A stretch of 64,000 bases of DNA from Eledone cirrhosa (taxonomy: Eukaryota), in the NCBI GenBank assembly GCA_964016885.1, contig OZ024743.1, forward strand, positions 302,312,001 to 302,376,000, written 5' to 3'. Shown here piece by piece: positions 40,043 to 57,253 of the stretch. The notes under the pieces are model-generated. The model was not told the DNA's origin and made no database searches. It worked only from the letters and a program-made list of their open reading frames with translations. The stretch's first letter is position 1. Every line of letters begins with the position of its first letter. The position numbers were made by a program, and so were the translations under genes.

Positions 40043-42586
40043 TATATACAAATATATAAATACATATAAATATATATACATATATATATATACATATATT
40101 GCTAACAATGATAATGAGATACTTACCAACATCTATTGACGTAATATTTGTCCCTTGTGAAATATACACACATTTTTTTTAAACCTGCCCGATGCCAAAT
40201 TCATATATCTTTCACGCACACATTATTCACAAAATATTTTAATATTTAAAATTTGGTTTCCTTATGAAGATTTAATTTGAAAACCCTATTTGATTTTTTG
40301 CAGTGAGATAGTGTTTCGCTTCTCTATATATTTATGATTTTAGTCTAATTCCTCAATGCATCTTTAGAAATTGCGGCCGATTCTTTGCAAATATCTTCAT
40401 CATCGTATCATTATTAACAGTTTTCCTTTTTACCTACTTCTCATCAAGATTGTTACATTTGTGTTCCTTTTCCTTTTACAGCATCTATCTCTGTTTGTTT
40501 TAGGATATCAGGTCATTGTGTTTTTATATTTGTAGTATTACTATTATTTTTCAAATTAAATAGTGTTACTCTGAAATATAACAGACTCTGATTCATACTG
40601 CCCACATAAGGACCCCTTTTATGAACTTTAGAAAAGGGAAGATTACGAGAAAAGATGAAGTGACGTTTTGAATAGAATTTAATATTGAATTACTTTCTCT
40701 GTATTATGAAGTTTGTCAAGACGACAGCAGAATTTGATTTTCCCCTTCTGGAAGTGGAATACAAAAATAACACTAAATGTATTGGTCCATATTTCGCTAA
40801 CCAATACTGCAAACAGCTACATGAATGGATGAAAAAGGTGCATTAAATAATGCAATATAATCTTTCATAATATTAATGAATTAACAGATAGAATTAAATC
40901 AAAGGTCTATATCATTTTTTTTATTATTCGTTCCGGATCGAGAAATGTGAGGCTGACAGTTACATGTAATGAAGTTGGAAATTGAAGGAATTATAGGAAG
41001 AGCAGTAATATACAGGCACTGATTAAATAAAGGTGTAACTGTTCTTGAGGTAAACTGCACTAGCATTCGAGTAGAAAAAAATCGCTAAATTATGCTCGGG
41101 TAGTTTTGGTACGTAAGATGTTGCATTTAACAAGTGTTATATCTCTATGTGTGACCAATTTTATACACCAGTATCTTTATATTACCCGTGATATTAGCGT
41201 TTATAAATATCGGTTGTTGTTTCCCTTGTGATTATAATGATATATATATAGATTATACTGATATATATAAACATTCGTGAGGAAACAAATGTTTCATAGT
41301 GGATTCTTTGTGAAATTCCTATATATTTAGATGTGTCGATGTTCTATTTTTAGTGGAATCTTCACCTCCAGTATAATTGATCCCTCTCTTGGATTTCTAA
41401 CTAATGAGAAAGAAGGAAAAACAATTACTGCAGTTACGTACAATTTTCCTTCATTGTAAATTAATGTTTACTCGAATCTCTATATCTGAGGTTCTAAAAT
41501 GCAGATTACATTAAAGAAATGGTGATGAATCTTGCCAGGAGGAAGTGAAAATATGTCACATTCTGATTAATAGCAATATTGCAATAAGTAAACTGAAAAA
41601 CACAAAACAATCTGAAAGATAGAATATATACTAAATATTTACTAATATTGCCTGGAATGATAATTAAGTTAAATAAACCCAGCCTTCAAGAGCTACTATA
41701 TTTCTACTAAATATTGACGTTTTCTTTTCCTCTCGTCAGAAACATGCTGTGAAATTGTACATAATAATAAGGCCACCCAGTGCTTAACTGTCAAATATCC
41801 TTTGATGTATTAGGGAACATTTGTGAAGGTTGAATTAAACTAATTTTAAATCAGAATTCAGAGAGAGTTTAGTGTATTTGCTACGCGTTTATTTCATATT
41901 CACGCATGTATCACTCAATATTAACTTCATTGTAAAAATAAGATGTGATGTAAGATTACTTAAATGGTTGGTAAGGCATTCTGAATCTAGCTCAACATTA
42001 TTACTCTTTATATTACATGTGTACTTCGGAATGATGGTTATATATGAAATCATATCTCAACCATTAGCATAAATATTACATCTTATCTACAGATGTATAT
42101 ATATATATTAAGTTAGAAATGGGCTCTACCCAGAGGAATTGAGGGTGCAACGCAGATAGGCTTACTAGACTTGTCCTTCTTAAATCCCTGCTTTACGAAC
42201 GTTCTGTAAAATGCCATACAATCATATTTTCTGGAAATTAAAATAAATTCGCTAAATATTTCTCTTTATGTATATATACATTTCATAACTTTTGATCTTG
42301 GTGTATAATATTTTCTTGAAAAGACAGTAATCACTCCCGAGTGGATTTGAAGTATAACGTCTTCGAAAACCTCATTAATTGAATATCACAGTTATGTAGT
42401 CGTTCACAAATACCACTTGGGAATATATAGTTAGGGGTGAGAGAATACAAATATTCGAAAATAAGTATGGCTTTGAAGATATATAGACACAAATTGCATT
42501 GAAAATACGTTTCGTTATCTAACCCTAATCAGGATCATCCACACGAGCACACACGCACATATACACATATAGCCATTCATATATAA

Positions 42587-42635
<49 letters not shown>

Positions 42636-42756
42636 AGACAAACCACAAAACCACCATCTCAAATATACTTTTCAAAAGCATAAGAACTGTGAAACTAGTA
42701 AATAAATAAATAGATATTCTTAAAAAGACTCTAGTTTCATTTTCCATTTATTTTCC

Positions 42757-42850
<94 letters not shown>

Positions 42851-44701
42851 ATGCTCAACAAAGCTAGCGAATATGACCGACACAGCTTCGGACCTTTTTT
42901 GACTCACTTAATAGGTTAAATAACTTTGTATCCTTAAGACACCAATACCCAACAATTAGAAAGCGTACGTATACTTTAATTAGTGAGAAATATTATTTCT
43001 TGCATATAGACAATTTCATTTTCCGGAACTGGATCAATGCAATAGTTTCTGCGAGTCAATGTGCAAGTGGTAATCCGAATGGAATTCCGTGCGCAACAAT
43101 TTGTTAATGTTAGTAAACCTTAAATAGGTAGCAAGAATCGCGTCTTTAGCGGAATTAGCCTACTTGGAACGGAGAGTTCTGATTAGCTAGCTAACACACT
43201 ATCCCAATGGACATCGGCTAGTGTAATAGTAATCTCGACATTCAGTGATACGTTACTTCACACCAAAGAGGAGGTAAGCCTAAACTGATCGTTTACAGAA
43301 AATGATAGCACAAAATTCAAATAGAAAAACAGAACAGGCAATGAATTACTCAAATAGGAGATCCAATAGAGAAAGGGAGGACATAGCTGCAACAATTAAT
43401 AATTGAATCGAATAATAATAAAAAATATATATCAAGATTCAACAAACATTTTAATTGTGGGTTAATCTACGGGAGTTTCAAATTATTATCAAACGAAGCT
43501 ACCGGATAGGACCGACACACACTCAACAATATGATTATCTATGTATCATCAATACACCCCCCATCCACACACACCCAAATACAATTAGAATGTATTCTTA
43601 TCCGTTAATTATTTCATTTTCCGGCCTGAGAATAATGCATAAGTTTCTGCGATTAAATGTGCTAGCCACAGGTAAAACGGATCTACTATGCGAAGAATTT
43701 CGGTAATGTTAGTAAATGTTAGGGGCTCGAGACACGTCCTCATCCGTTATATTAACATAAAGTTGTACAAGAAAGGACAAAGTCTCATCCAGCACAGCTG
43801 AATTTAGAGCTGATATGTTGCGATGCTAACTTCTGAACCACATAGTCATACCTGCCAACATACAAACAAATATAAATATCTCAACAAAAATTGACCAACG
43901 CTACACAAATTCTTAAAACTGTCTCTTACAATCGTTTTATTTTATTATTTTACTAACATAATTTCTTCCAATATGTTATAAGAGTTAATATAGTTGCAAA
44001 GTATAATTGCGTGAAGGATTACTTGATATCACATCTCCAACAGTGAAATTAACTACATCTGCATGGAGGAGGTGGAATATCAGTTGTAGTTGAAATATAT
44101 TCAAATTCAACAACCAGCTTTATATGGTCCCCAGCAAAGATCCTAAAGATCATGCAAATGTTATCTTCGTACAAACACGGTATAACCACTAGCAAATTAT
44201 CTTCTCAAGCTGTAAATTTCCACAGACTAAAAGAAATATATAATCAGTTCTATATACATACACATAAATTAGAATGCACAACAACGGTAAAAATTCCATA
44301 TGTCTCTGATATTACATACACGCTAAGCCAAGAAACTTTATGCACTTATTCACAAGATATAGATTTATGGTAGGTTATTCCATGATGCCATCGATCGTCG
44401 TTTCCTTTGTCACCACGAATGCTGTTATCGTCTTAATTTGACAACTTGATAAAACTTCCATTAATATTAATCCCATCTCGAAAATCTGGCACCTTCAATG
44501 TAGTTGGAATACTCTCTTTCAGAATCTTTTACGATTAGGTCCCCATAATTTCGAATATATGCAAAAATGCGAACATACTTATGTGTGTGAATATATATCT
44601 GTATGTATACACAGATAAGCGTGCTCATAGAGGTAAGGAAATACATATATAAAAACAGGCATTCAAAGAAATAAACACATACATATATATATGTATGTAT
44701 G

Positions 44702-44810
<109 letters not shown>

Positions 44811-44819
44811 ATAATAATA

Positions 44820-45680
44820 AATTTGAAGACTAAAATCTAAAGAGGGCTCGATAAAGATAAATATATATCAAATATATAAGAACCGTAGAGCAAATATTTA
44901 TTAAAATAACAGATTAAAGTTTAAGCAAAGAATCGCTGCTTTCACCCTTAACGGGATATTCTGAAACTAACAAATTCAGTCTGTGAACGCAGGAGTGAAT
45001 ATTTCATAAAACGTTGCAACCGGAGAAAGACAGGAAGACGATACTTTGGTTCGTAGAAACGTTCCGTGGCAAAGAACCGTAAAAAAACGAATGTAATACA
45101 ACACGATTTGGGGCGGTGGATTGGCAGTATTGGTAGAGGGTCGACTCCATGCTAAGACGCATAGAGTTACGGCCCTTGCCATTCTACGTTCAAATCCCGC
45201 CGAGGGTAACTTTGCCTTTCATCCTTACGGGGTCGATAGAATCAAGTACCAGTAGTATACTGTGTAATTGCTGGCCTTGTGCCTAACGTAGAAACAATTA
45301 TTTGGAGCGGTGAAAAACAATTACACCAAAGACAAAACAGCGTTTATGGTATAAAAGAAGTTATAGACTAATATTCTATTTAGTGGTTCATAGAGACGTT
45401 CTCTGGCAATGAACGGAAAAAATGAAGATAATACGTCATATGTAGAGCGGCGAGAACAATTGCACGCAAAGGCAAAACCACTTAAATGGTATAACTGAAG
45501 TCGTAGACTAAAATTCTAACTGTATATGTGAACATTGTGTTGTGGTTAACGTAGGTCTCCGAACATATGTGTATTTACATGTAGGTATGTGTGTGCGCTT
45601 GTTATATACATATTTATTTATTTATATACGTTTATTTAATTATATGTATACCCGCACGCACACACACACACACACATATA

Positions 45681-45734
<54 letters not shown>

Positions 45735-45930
45735 TATATATATATATATTTTATGTGTATTTGGTGTATACATTCGTATGCGTGCGGGTACAGGCGCTGC
45801 GTGGGTTCCGTATGCGCGTGCGGGTTTTTATTGTTTTGTTTTTAGTGTACCTGCGTTTATTTGTATACCTATGGTGAGTGTTTACGCGTATGATTGTGTA
45901 TGTCAGCATATGGATACGTGTATGTATTTA
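44820..45930 (-). mobile_element. Family G copy with tail, interrupted by a SINE
   Basis: Reverse-complement match to 27400-27907 and direct match to 27130-27350. Confidence 0.8.
45110..45300 (+). mobile_element. tRNA-derived SINE nested in family G
   Basis: GGGCGGTGGATTGGCAGTATTGGTAG, GTTCAAATCCC and a 3' end GTAGAAACAATTA. Duplicated ATTTGG flanks. The empty site is visible at ~27630-27655 (minus). Confidence 0.88.
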
Positions 45931-45931
45931 T

Positions 45932-46442
45932 TTAGCCACAGTTCTTTCGTCACACATTATGTGAATGGAATATCAACATCACAACTTACAATTAAGGACA
46001 AAATGAAAACACACACACACATAGAACAAACAACCAACTGTAACATGTAAATAAACAAATAAATAAACAAATATAAACACACACATACACCCGGATGTAA
46101 CGCATGCGCAAACTAAGCACACAGCACACACAAACACAAGATGGCGTCGGACAGAACAAAGGAGAGGCACAAAAACAATGAAAATAATCCCCAGTCACTG
46201 AAGAGGTCACATAATGTGTGACGAAATAACTTTGACAATATATGAACAACCGTCCGGTTATGGAACCAACCAACCGGAAATTTATAAATTCTTAAATTTA
46301 TGAATTTAATTTATATTAAATTGGAGTGAAAGCAACTGGTGCGTGTGTTTCTTATTGGTAACATGACCCTCCCAAAGGATAACAATATCGGTTTCAACAC
46401 ACGTTTTCAGATAAAGAATCTTGCTAAACAAATTCAGAAACG

Positions 46443-46445
<3 letters not shown>
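45932..46445 (+). mobile_element. Family C copy with hammerhead (46193-46237) and tail
   Basis: AGTCA-CTGAAGA-G GTCAC ataatgt GTGAC-GAAA-TAAC-TT-TGACA. Short inverted fragment of the HHR at 45932-45964. Confidence 0.82.
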
Positions 46446-46486
<41 letters not shown>

Positions 46487-46515
46487 AGGAAAATACAAAT
46501 GTTAGGGTCCTTTAT

Positions 46516-46580
46516 AATTGAGCCGTTATACATATTTCAATGACGATTGATAACGTGATTTCTTCAGACAGCAACAATTG
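46516..46580 (-). ncRNA. Type-I hammerhead at the 3' end of a probable PLE-derived insert (~46483-47618)
   Basis: Minus strand: GCTGT-CTGAAGA-AAT C ACG ttatcaat CGT C ATT-GAAA-TATGTA-TA-ACGGC. Stem I is extended by AATTG/CAATT. The insert is bounded by (TA)n. Confidence 0.8.
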
Positions 46581-47616
46581 ATTAATAAGTAACATTACCG
46601 AGACGATTTGGGGTGGAAGGGAGCGGACTAAAAAGGGTGGGTCTTTGTTTGGAGCGGCCGCTCCCTTCTAATTGTATCTGCTTAGTCACAGGGGAGTGGG
46701 TGGCTGACCACTCGACTGCAACCAGAATACCATCAATCTTATGTGTTCATTCTATTCACCAGTTCCCCACCACCTCAGCTGACACATCTGGTCAGATCGA
46801 GTTGAGACCAGCCAAAATGTTTTTACTGCTAGATTTGGTGACCTAAAGAAGTATATATACTTATTAGGTATACAGTTCAGAGCTGGATACTCACTTGTAT
46901 TGACTCCCCATGGAATAAACTGGCCTCTTGTCGAGTATGGTAGGCAATATTTAAAGTAACTAATGTAGCGAATGTAAAAATTAAATAAAAGAGTAGTTGA
47001 TATCCGATCAATCCGGTGGAGACGAATAATACATTTATGATTTAAGCAAGGATGTAAGAAAAGGTACGAATGAGAACGGATGAAGGGGATGAATGGTATC
47101 ATAAAGAGAATACATAGGAAAATACATATATAAAGGTAAAACACGATAAAAGAGATAAAAAAAGAAAAAAGAGATAAAAAAAGAATTATACAGAGAATGA
47201 ATAAGAGGAAATGAAAGAACAATCAGTGATGAATGTCTGTTGACTTAAGAAAGAGTCAGTTATATTCACAGTGCTTTGGGTGTTTTGGTCCGTGCAGTTC
47301 CAGCCGAGTGCTCCTCACGGGCTGTCCTTGGCTATATGAGGCAGGCTGGGAACCAGCATCATTTCTGCCCTCCAGGGCATGTAGAATAAGGTGTAGTTGT
47401 TGCTATTGGTTCCCTCATTAATCCGTTCGAATGTTGTTCCATAGTGAATCTTCTATAGTAAATTTTCATCACCGTCAGGTGTGTCCAGCTATGGGTTCCC
47501 GGGGTGTAGTCCGTATTACTGCATCTGATTCGATTGTATGACAGAGCTAAATACATTCGCTATACACTTCTAACACTCAAAGTACTATTTCTTCCTAAAA
47601 CAGGGATGACGCCGTC

Positions 47617-47705
<89 letters not shown>

Positions 47706-47850
47706 TGTGTATGTATGTGTGTGTGTGTGTATAAAGAAAGTGAGAGAGAGAGTTACATAGTTTATTCGGTGTTGAGACCGGGGGGGGGGTGCACTAAGCA
47801 CGGGTGATATGTAGAACTATGACCACCGGGCCAAGTAGTTTCAGCTTCTG

Positions 47851-47906
<56 letters not shown>

Positions 47907-47907
47907 C

Positions 47908-47968
<61 letters not shown>

Positions 47969-47989
47969 GTATATATATATATATATATA

Positions 47990-48687
47990 TATTGTTTAGC
48001 TCTGGTTTTTTAACTATGGAGCACTTGCCAGCATAACTCTGATTTTGCGGTTCGTTTCGCTTTTTCTACCCGCCGAAATGCGATTCTCGCTGAATTTATA
48101 TTTGTATTAATTTCCCAAGTCTTACAATTAACCTTTTAATAATTCTATTGACAGATTAATTGCATAAGTTTATTTTAAAAACTAGCCGGCTGAATGCTTA
48201 TTCGATTTGTGCTATTTATGCAATTGTTTGCATGATATACACATACTGAATTCATTTGCCAAAATCTGGGGTTTTTCCCCTTGTGACTTACACATGTGCT
48301 TTTACAAAGCTCTACGCCATTCACAAAGTTGGTACAGGGCAAAATACCTGTTGATAACGTTATATTCCTTGTTCGATCATTGTAACAAAAGCTTAAATAT
48401 TTAAGCAGACATTATTATTGATTTAGGTTTCATAGAAATCCTGCATTTGGATTTTACCATCGATTCCAATTTCGAGGACTGTTTTTATCATTTATTGTGC
48501 TTGACCTCTTTAGCTTGAGTTGTTTTTTGGCTTAGGTGGTTAATGGTTTCTTGACCACTTTTTCAGTTTGTATGGCGTTTTAACATATTGTTTAGCTCTG
48601 GTTTTTTTGTCTATGGACCGCTTGCCATCATAACTCTGATTTTGCGGTGCGTTTCGCTTTTTCTACCCGCCGAAATACGATTCTCGC

Positions 48688-48692
<5 letters not shown>
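47990..48692. repeat. Element bounded by ~105-bp direct repeats
   Basis: TATTGTTTAGCTCTGGTTTTT...CCCGCCGAAAT.CGATTCTCGCTGAAT at 47990-48095 and 48586-48692. (TA)n on both flanks. Confidence 0.85.
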
Positions 48693-48742
<50 letters not shown>

Positions 48743-48782
48743 ATATATTTATATTTATATTTATATTTGTTTATATATGTAT

Positions 48783-49261
<479 letters not shown>

Positions 49262-49286
49262 TGTGTGTGTGTGTGTGCGTGTGTGT

Positions 49287-49860
49287 TTGTCAGCTGGTTG
49301 CTAGGATACGTCCATAGGTGGTGTGCCGGTTGAGCACTCTATGCACCTTCGGAGCAGATTATGATAATATGGTAAACGAAGTATCAGTGATGCATCGGAA
49401 AACAATTTATTACATATTACAATTATTTCTCCGCCGAACAGCTCGAGGTGCGATTTGTTTGTGGATCGAACCTGACTCTGGATTCGCGCAGCTCCTCAGA
49501 TACGTCTAGTGATTTCTAGGCAAATTCTCTTTTTGCTGGGCTCCGACCCTTCGAAATATTATCATCTGCCATCATCCTGTTTGCGCGGCACTTAGATTGG
49601 TTGATAGTTCGTGACGTCATCATCGTGTTTGACCACTGAATTCTGCCGACTGGCTATCTCAATTCAGGCGTGAGTTGTCACTCACCCCAATCCCATCGCC
49701 CAAATTACTGCTGTCTGTAGGAGAGTTTTTATGAATTCTCATGCCAATCCCATGCTTGTCTGCCTCCCCATAAATATAGACCCACACGCAGATGTGCTCA
49801 CACCTATATACAGGCATTCATAGCCATTAATCGTACACTTATCTGTATGGACCTACACAC
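49287..49860 (-). mobile_element. Family E copy with tail and hammerhead (49412-49505)
   Basis: Reverse complement of 57254-57730. Minus strand: ACGTAT-CTGAGGA-~63 nt-GAAA-TAATTG-TA-ATATGT. Confidence 0.8.
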
Positions 49861-51037
49861 ACGCACGGGCACACACATAGAGCTTGCGTGTATTCACACA
49901 TGAACGTACAATATATATATATTCAACACTCATATATATTCATTCGCCGGCACATGCCCACATGTACTTACATGGGACCCACGTATATCTATTCATACAC
50001 ATACACCACACACACAGACAGAGACACAGACACACACCTACACACACACACATATATATATATATATACAGGCACGTGCTTACATATGTATTCATTTAAG
50101 CCTACTCTTACACACAGACATAAATACACACCTGTATATATGCACATATATGCACATATGCATATATGTGTTAGTGAACACACACACACACACACACATA
50201 AACGCGTGTTTACTTATACACACACACACAGACGAAACACATATATGAACATAAACTGTATAAACATATCTGGAGAGTGCATACAAACGTGTACAAGATG
50301 TCGTATATCAGTTGGTGCACAACGAAATATTACGTGCGGAAAATCGTGAAAAGAACAAAAAAGTGCGTATGGGTTATACGACAGTTAATGCATGCAACAT
50401 CTCACATAACGGTGTGCGGACACATTTTGATGCACATGTTGACTAATTTGGTATTATGCTGCTAACCTGGATTAATTCACATATAGAAATTCAAAGAAAA
50501 TTACATATGGGAACGTCATAGGAATAATGTTAAGGGTATACCCAAAACATAAATAAAAAATATATAAAGAATGTATAAAAAATATATAAAATATATATAA
50601 GGAATATATAAAAAATACACATGGGATGGTACAAGAAAAATACATAAAGTGTTACATAATGGAATACGTATGGAAAATACACACACTTCTTAAACAGTAT
50701 ATACCTAGGGAGTGCATGAGAACAGCTTATACTGGAGTATGGCACTCTGCTTGAAATAGAGTGCCTTATTGATGTATGATACAGGATTGATTATATCCAT
50801 GGACATTGAGCCGCCGTGTCCTGCCTCATGCGACGGCGGCATTTAAGATGAGGTGCAGAGTCAAATGGGCAGCATTGATTGTGTCGACCTACCCCACAGG
50901 GCATCCATAGACATCAAGATAAGGTGTCGGTTTCCATGGAGCCGCGCCGCCACCCCAACTGACTTCCGCTTCCCAGTATGGCTTTAGTTGGTTCCATCCG
51001 GGGTTACGCATGCGGAGAGTGTGCACCTTCGCTGGTG

Positions 51038-52560
51038 TCAGCATGTCATGGGAATCTCCGATTTCAGGTTGACTGCGTCATACTTTAATCTCGCTGTCTC
51101 CATTGCCTCCGGCAGGCATAGCCTGCACTTCCTTTCTCCGGCCGAGTATGCACTGACACGATGAACGATACTCCAGTTGATATCATACGAAGTTCCGTTG
51201 TCCTTCAAGTCCCATATTAGGTCCGCCAGCCTAGTGGATTGACTCTTGCTCCGGTCCTTGAAAGAATTCGTGTGATTGTACATCCTCGATTTAAAGGTCG
51301 TGGATGCTGCGGTTGGTGTTGTGCGTGTAAACCACACATTTATAGACTACTTCCTCCAATGGGAATCTACACTGCAGAGGGCATTGTGTGCCTACTCTGC
51401 AGTTGCAGGTCCGGTCGGTATGTTGCTCACTTATTACGCTGGGTCCTGGTCTTATCATAGCGTTCCCCCGATTCACTGGGTGTTGTTCTGTCGGTGCGGT
51501 GGGCTCTTTTCAGTCGTTCAGCACCACCTGGTAGCAGAGTACTTCATCTTTCACTTTAGGTGACCCTGCCTCCGCGTGGTCCTTCCGGCTTCTCAGGATC
51601 GTCGGCCACATGCCGTAGTTACCGGTCGAGTTTCCCCAACTTCACCACATTGGTTTTGGCCATATAGTCTGTCAGGTTAGTTGTGGTGGAGAAGGAGAAC
51701 TTCACTGTGTGGCTGTTCAATATCCTGTGGTACCTGTTCGATGAAGGGAAGCAAATTGTCCAACGCTTTTAAGAAGAGGCCTGGAACATTAGTGCATATA
51801 TGCTTTGAATACGGCGCGCGGAACCACGAAACAGTTTTAGACCTTGTCCTATTCCATCGTCTGTGTGTAGTAGTGTGTGCTGGGACAGATTTCTCTCCCG
51901 GGTTGTCCCTAAACGTTAGTTCATCCCCTATGCTACTGCTGGCTATCATGTGCGTTCTGATTACACTGTTCGCATACTAAAGTATTCTCTTCTATTGTGT
52001 CGGCCCTATGGGTAATCTCGTTATATATATCTGGTGCTATTGTTTGGGCTATGCCTATACTATTGATCCGGGTATTCCCTCTATCTGGTCCCACTTCCAG
52101 AGATGTATTTGCTCTGTTACTAGTTCTAGTTCCAGCGTCGCGTAATGTGTTTGTGTTGAGATTCTGTCAGCGTGTAGTATGTGGTCTACACCACGCATGT
52201 GCCTTCATCGGTCTTAGTATTAGTTTTGTGTCCCTGCGGTAAACAATATTGTTAGCCCTATTCTTAGATGCATGTTTCAAGGTGTTCTGCCTAACTCTGG
52301 AAGTACTATTGCTATCCACAAAGCTGTGCTTCTCGCCGCTGTGATCTTCCTTGTCTGGGGTGTAGACTATGGCTTGTTTGTAAGCGGACCTGCGCAGTGC
52401 CTCAATACAATAATCGGCGTGCTAGTTAAACACGTCTGTGTTAGCCGACAGGGTGGATACGCGTTTGGATACCCCTTTTTCTGTGGCGTCTATTACAGAT
52501 TTGTGGTGGTTTGAGTGCCTGTTTACATATTGCAGGTTCTCGTCGGGCTTGTGGTAATGC
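51038..52560 (-). pseudogene. Decayed PLE (RT C-terminus + GIY-YIG)
   Basis: YHKPDENLQYVNRHSNH..VSKRVSTLS, WFRAPYS, CNCRVGTQCPL..VVYKC, FKSRMYNHTNSF..LADLIWDLK and CRLCL. Confidence 0.88.
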
Positions 52561-52660
52561 CGGATGCAAGAGATGGCAACATGAATGTAACTGTTATTTT
52601 TATCTAAAGACATTCTAATCCAATTCCATCCCACCCGTCCCCTTAATATATTTTATTCAC

Positions 52661-52703
52661 ATTCTTTATTCTGATGAAGGACTAGCGTCCGAAACGTTAA
52701 GAC
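52661..52703 (+). ncRNA. Minimal hammerhead motif
   Basis: CTGATGA-A GGAC tagc GTCC-GAAA-CG-TT-AAGA (AACGTT palindrome). Stem I is imperfect. Confidence 0.65.
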
Positions 52704-52808
52704 CCTCTTTCTGCTATATCAAACGTTAACCTAATATATACCTTCCATATACTGTACCGACTGTGTTGTTATTTCTGTGTACCTTTTACAAACATATGTG
52801 GGAATATA

Positions 52809-52856
<48 letters not shown>

Positions 52857-52857
<1 letters not shown>

Positions 52858-53001
52858 CGAAGGAAAAGTGGTAAGGAACCAGGTGGACCATAACGCACCA
52901 AAGTACACAATACTTAGGGTAGTAGAGTGGGTAATAGGAGTAAGTAAGACCCAGAATTAGCCGTCGAAACGGCTTGAGCTCAGCCGTCGGTCTTACTTAC
53001 T

Positions 53002-53005
<4 letters not shown>
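52857..53005 (-). mobile_element. Family A fold-back mini-insertion
   Basis: Tail + TAGGAGTAAGTAAGACC, then the inverted half-HHR ending GGTCTTACTTACTCCTA-(TA)n. Confidence 0.8.
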
Positions 53006-53092
<87 letters not shown>

Positions 53093-53093
53093 C

Positions 53094-53984
53094 AAGATAA
53101 ATTAACGGAGGCATAGGCCGTCGTTATTCCCTGTAAATAATGTACTCAAAGGGGAAGAGGCCCTGAGCCCTTTAGAATATAATATGTTGAGAAGGTAACA
53201 CACCAGAGAGAGATATATAGAGCGTTATCAATAATACAGGGAAAAAAAACACCAGTGTATGGAATCTATAACCTATGAAAGGCAGAATATAGACACGATA
53301 ATTAAAAATCTAAATTAAAGCGTAAATAAATACTTCTATAACTATATAACACACGTACAAATCCAGAGATATGTTTCGCCAGAAAATTTGTTGAAAGAAA
53401 TGTTAGTCTCGGTTCATCAGCGTGTGTAAGGCCATACATTTCAGACAACACTAAGAGAATTTTACAATTGACTGTCCAGCTACACGTGGGAGAGAGAAGT
53501 CACAGCGTGTTTAAGGGCAGTGAACCAGTGGCCTCTGAGAGACGAACTGCTAGAAAGGGCAGCCCAAAGCCACTCAGAGAAGAGTGCTCAACCAAACAGA
53601 GATGGGAAAGGCTGTTGTTAGGAGCGAAATATCACGAAATATCACGAAATTAACGGAGGCATAGGCCGTCGTTATTCCCTGTAAATAATGTGCTCAAAGG
53701 GGAAGAGATCCTGAGCCATTTAGAATATAATATGTTAAGAAGGTAACACACCAGAGAGAGATATATAGTGTGTTATCAATAATACAGGGAAAAAAACCAG
53801 GGTTTGTACGTGTGTTATATAGTTATAGAGGTATTTATTTACGCTTTAATTTATATTTTTAATTATCGTGTCTATAGTCTGCCTTTCATAGGTTATAGAT
53901 TCCATACACTGGTGGTTTTTTTTCCCTGTATTATTGATAACGCACTATATATCTCTCTCTGGTGTGTTACCTTCTCAACATATT

Positions 53985-53989
<5 letters not shown>
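53094..53989 (-). mobile_element. Family F: arm+tail, partial tandem copy and inverted arm; HHR core at 53374-53420
   Basis: 53099-53254 is repeated directly at 53647-53800. ~53176-53362 is inverted at 53803-53989. Minus strand CTGATGA...CTGGC-GAAA. Confidence 0.82.
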
Positions 53990-55050
<1,061 letters not shown>

Positions 55051-55092
55051 GAAAAAGAACACAAGAGCGTCTACAACATCAAAAGAGTTTTA

Positions 55093-55145
55093 TTGGCTAA
55101 CAATGTTTCTTCCTTACGTGTAACCGTAGGATTCATCAGAGCTAT
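55093..55145 (-). ncRNA. Hammerhead at the 3' end of a probable PLE-derived insert (~55051-56233)
   Basis: Minus strand: GCT-CTGATGA-A TCCT ACG gttaca CGT A AGGA A-GAAA-CATTG-TT-AGC. About 40 nt of tail, then (TA)n. Confidence 0.72.
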
Positions 55146-56255
55146 AAAAGGGGTTTGATTGGTGTTATGGACTCTACCAACCAAACACCCAAGAACAAAG
55201 GGTAGAGAGAGTAAAGAGCAAAAGTAGGGGATGATAAGTCTAATTTTGGTGCGGGAGGGTGGGGTGTTGGTCCTTGTTTACTAGCTGCGGTCATATTCAT
55301 TCCCGGGGGTCGGGTGGTTAGCTGAACCATAGATGGGGTGGCGTGGGTAGTATGGTGCAGAGGGTGCGCAGAGGCTACACAAACACAAAGGGCGTAGAAT
55401 ACATATATACATATAGCGGAGGAGAAGGTACATGAGGTAATTAGAAATGGAAAAAGAGTAATAATAATAATCTGTAATTAATAGTGTATAATAAGGCATG
55501 GGGAAGATTACACTATAATAAGGTATAAAGGTAAGAATAAGGTAAAATATAAAGGAGGATAAAAGTGGAAATAATACTAAAGATAAAAAATATATAGAGA
55601 ATATATAAGGAAATATAAGCGAATATTTGGAGGGGAAAACACAATGTAAAAAAAACGATTTTTTTCAAACAATAATAAAAAATAATAAAAATATAATAAT
55701 TATGGGGGGAGAAAACAGGATAGAGAAATATGATCAAGTGTGATTCGTTGAGAGAATATATGATGATAACAGTTGTGTCCAGTTTATACATCTTAATAAT
55801 AAATAATAAACAATATGTGTATCAGAGTTGCAGAACCTTCAATTCACTTACGGGTTCAAGCCACGTGGCATGGTCTATTGTTTATCTGTGCGGTCATGTG
55901 CGTTTGTTTTTGACACCACAGCAGATGCACAAGTTTGTAAATTCCAATGCAGATAGAAGTCAATTTTTGCTCACCCGGACATTGACCGAGGATCCAATAT
56001 TCCTAGTTCAATATGTGTTTTGTGTTATTTTGTTCGCACAAATCAATCAATTGGTTCAATATATGGAGTATGGTTTCCTGGTCTTCGTGACAGTGTCATT
56101 GGTTGTATATTTGGAAGTCACAAGGATCACAGTACTCCGGTTTGGTGTGATTATCGGTCATCCAGCTATATTGTTGGTGGTTGGATTCAAATATATTCGC
56201 CCAAACGTTGAACTTTGGTGTCGATAGGACATCAACGAAGCATGGTGATATCGCA

Positions 56256-57221
<966 letters not shown>

Positions 57222-57253
57222 GTGTGCCTGTGTGTGTGTGTGTGTGTGTGTGT

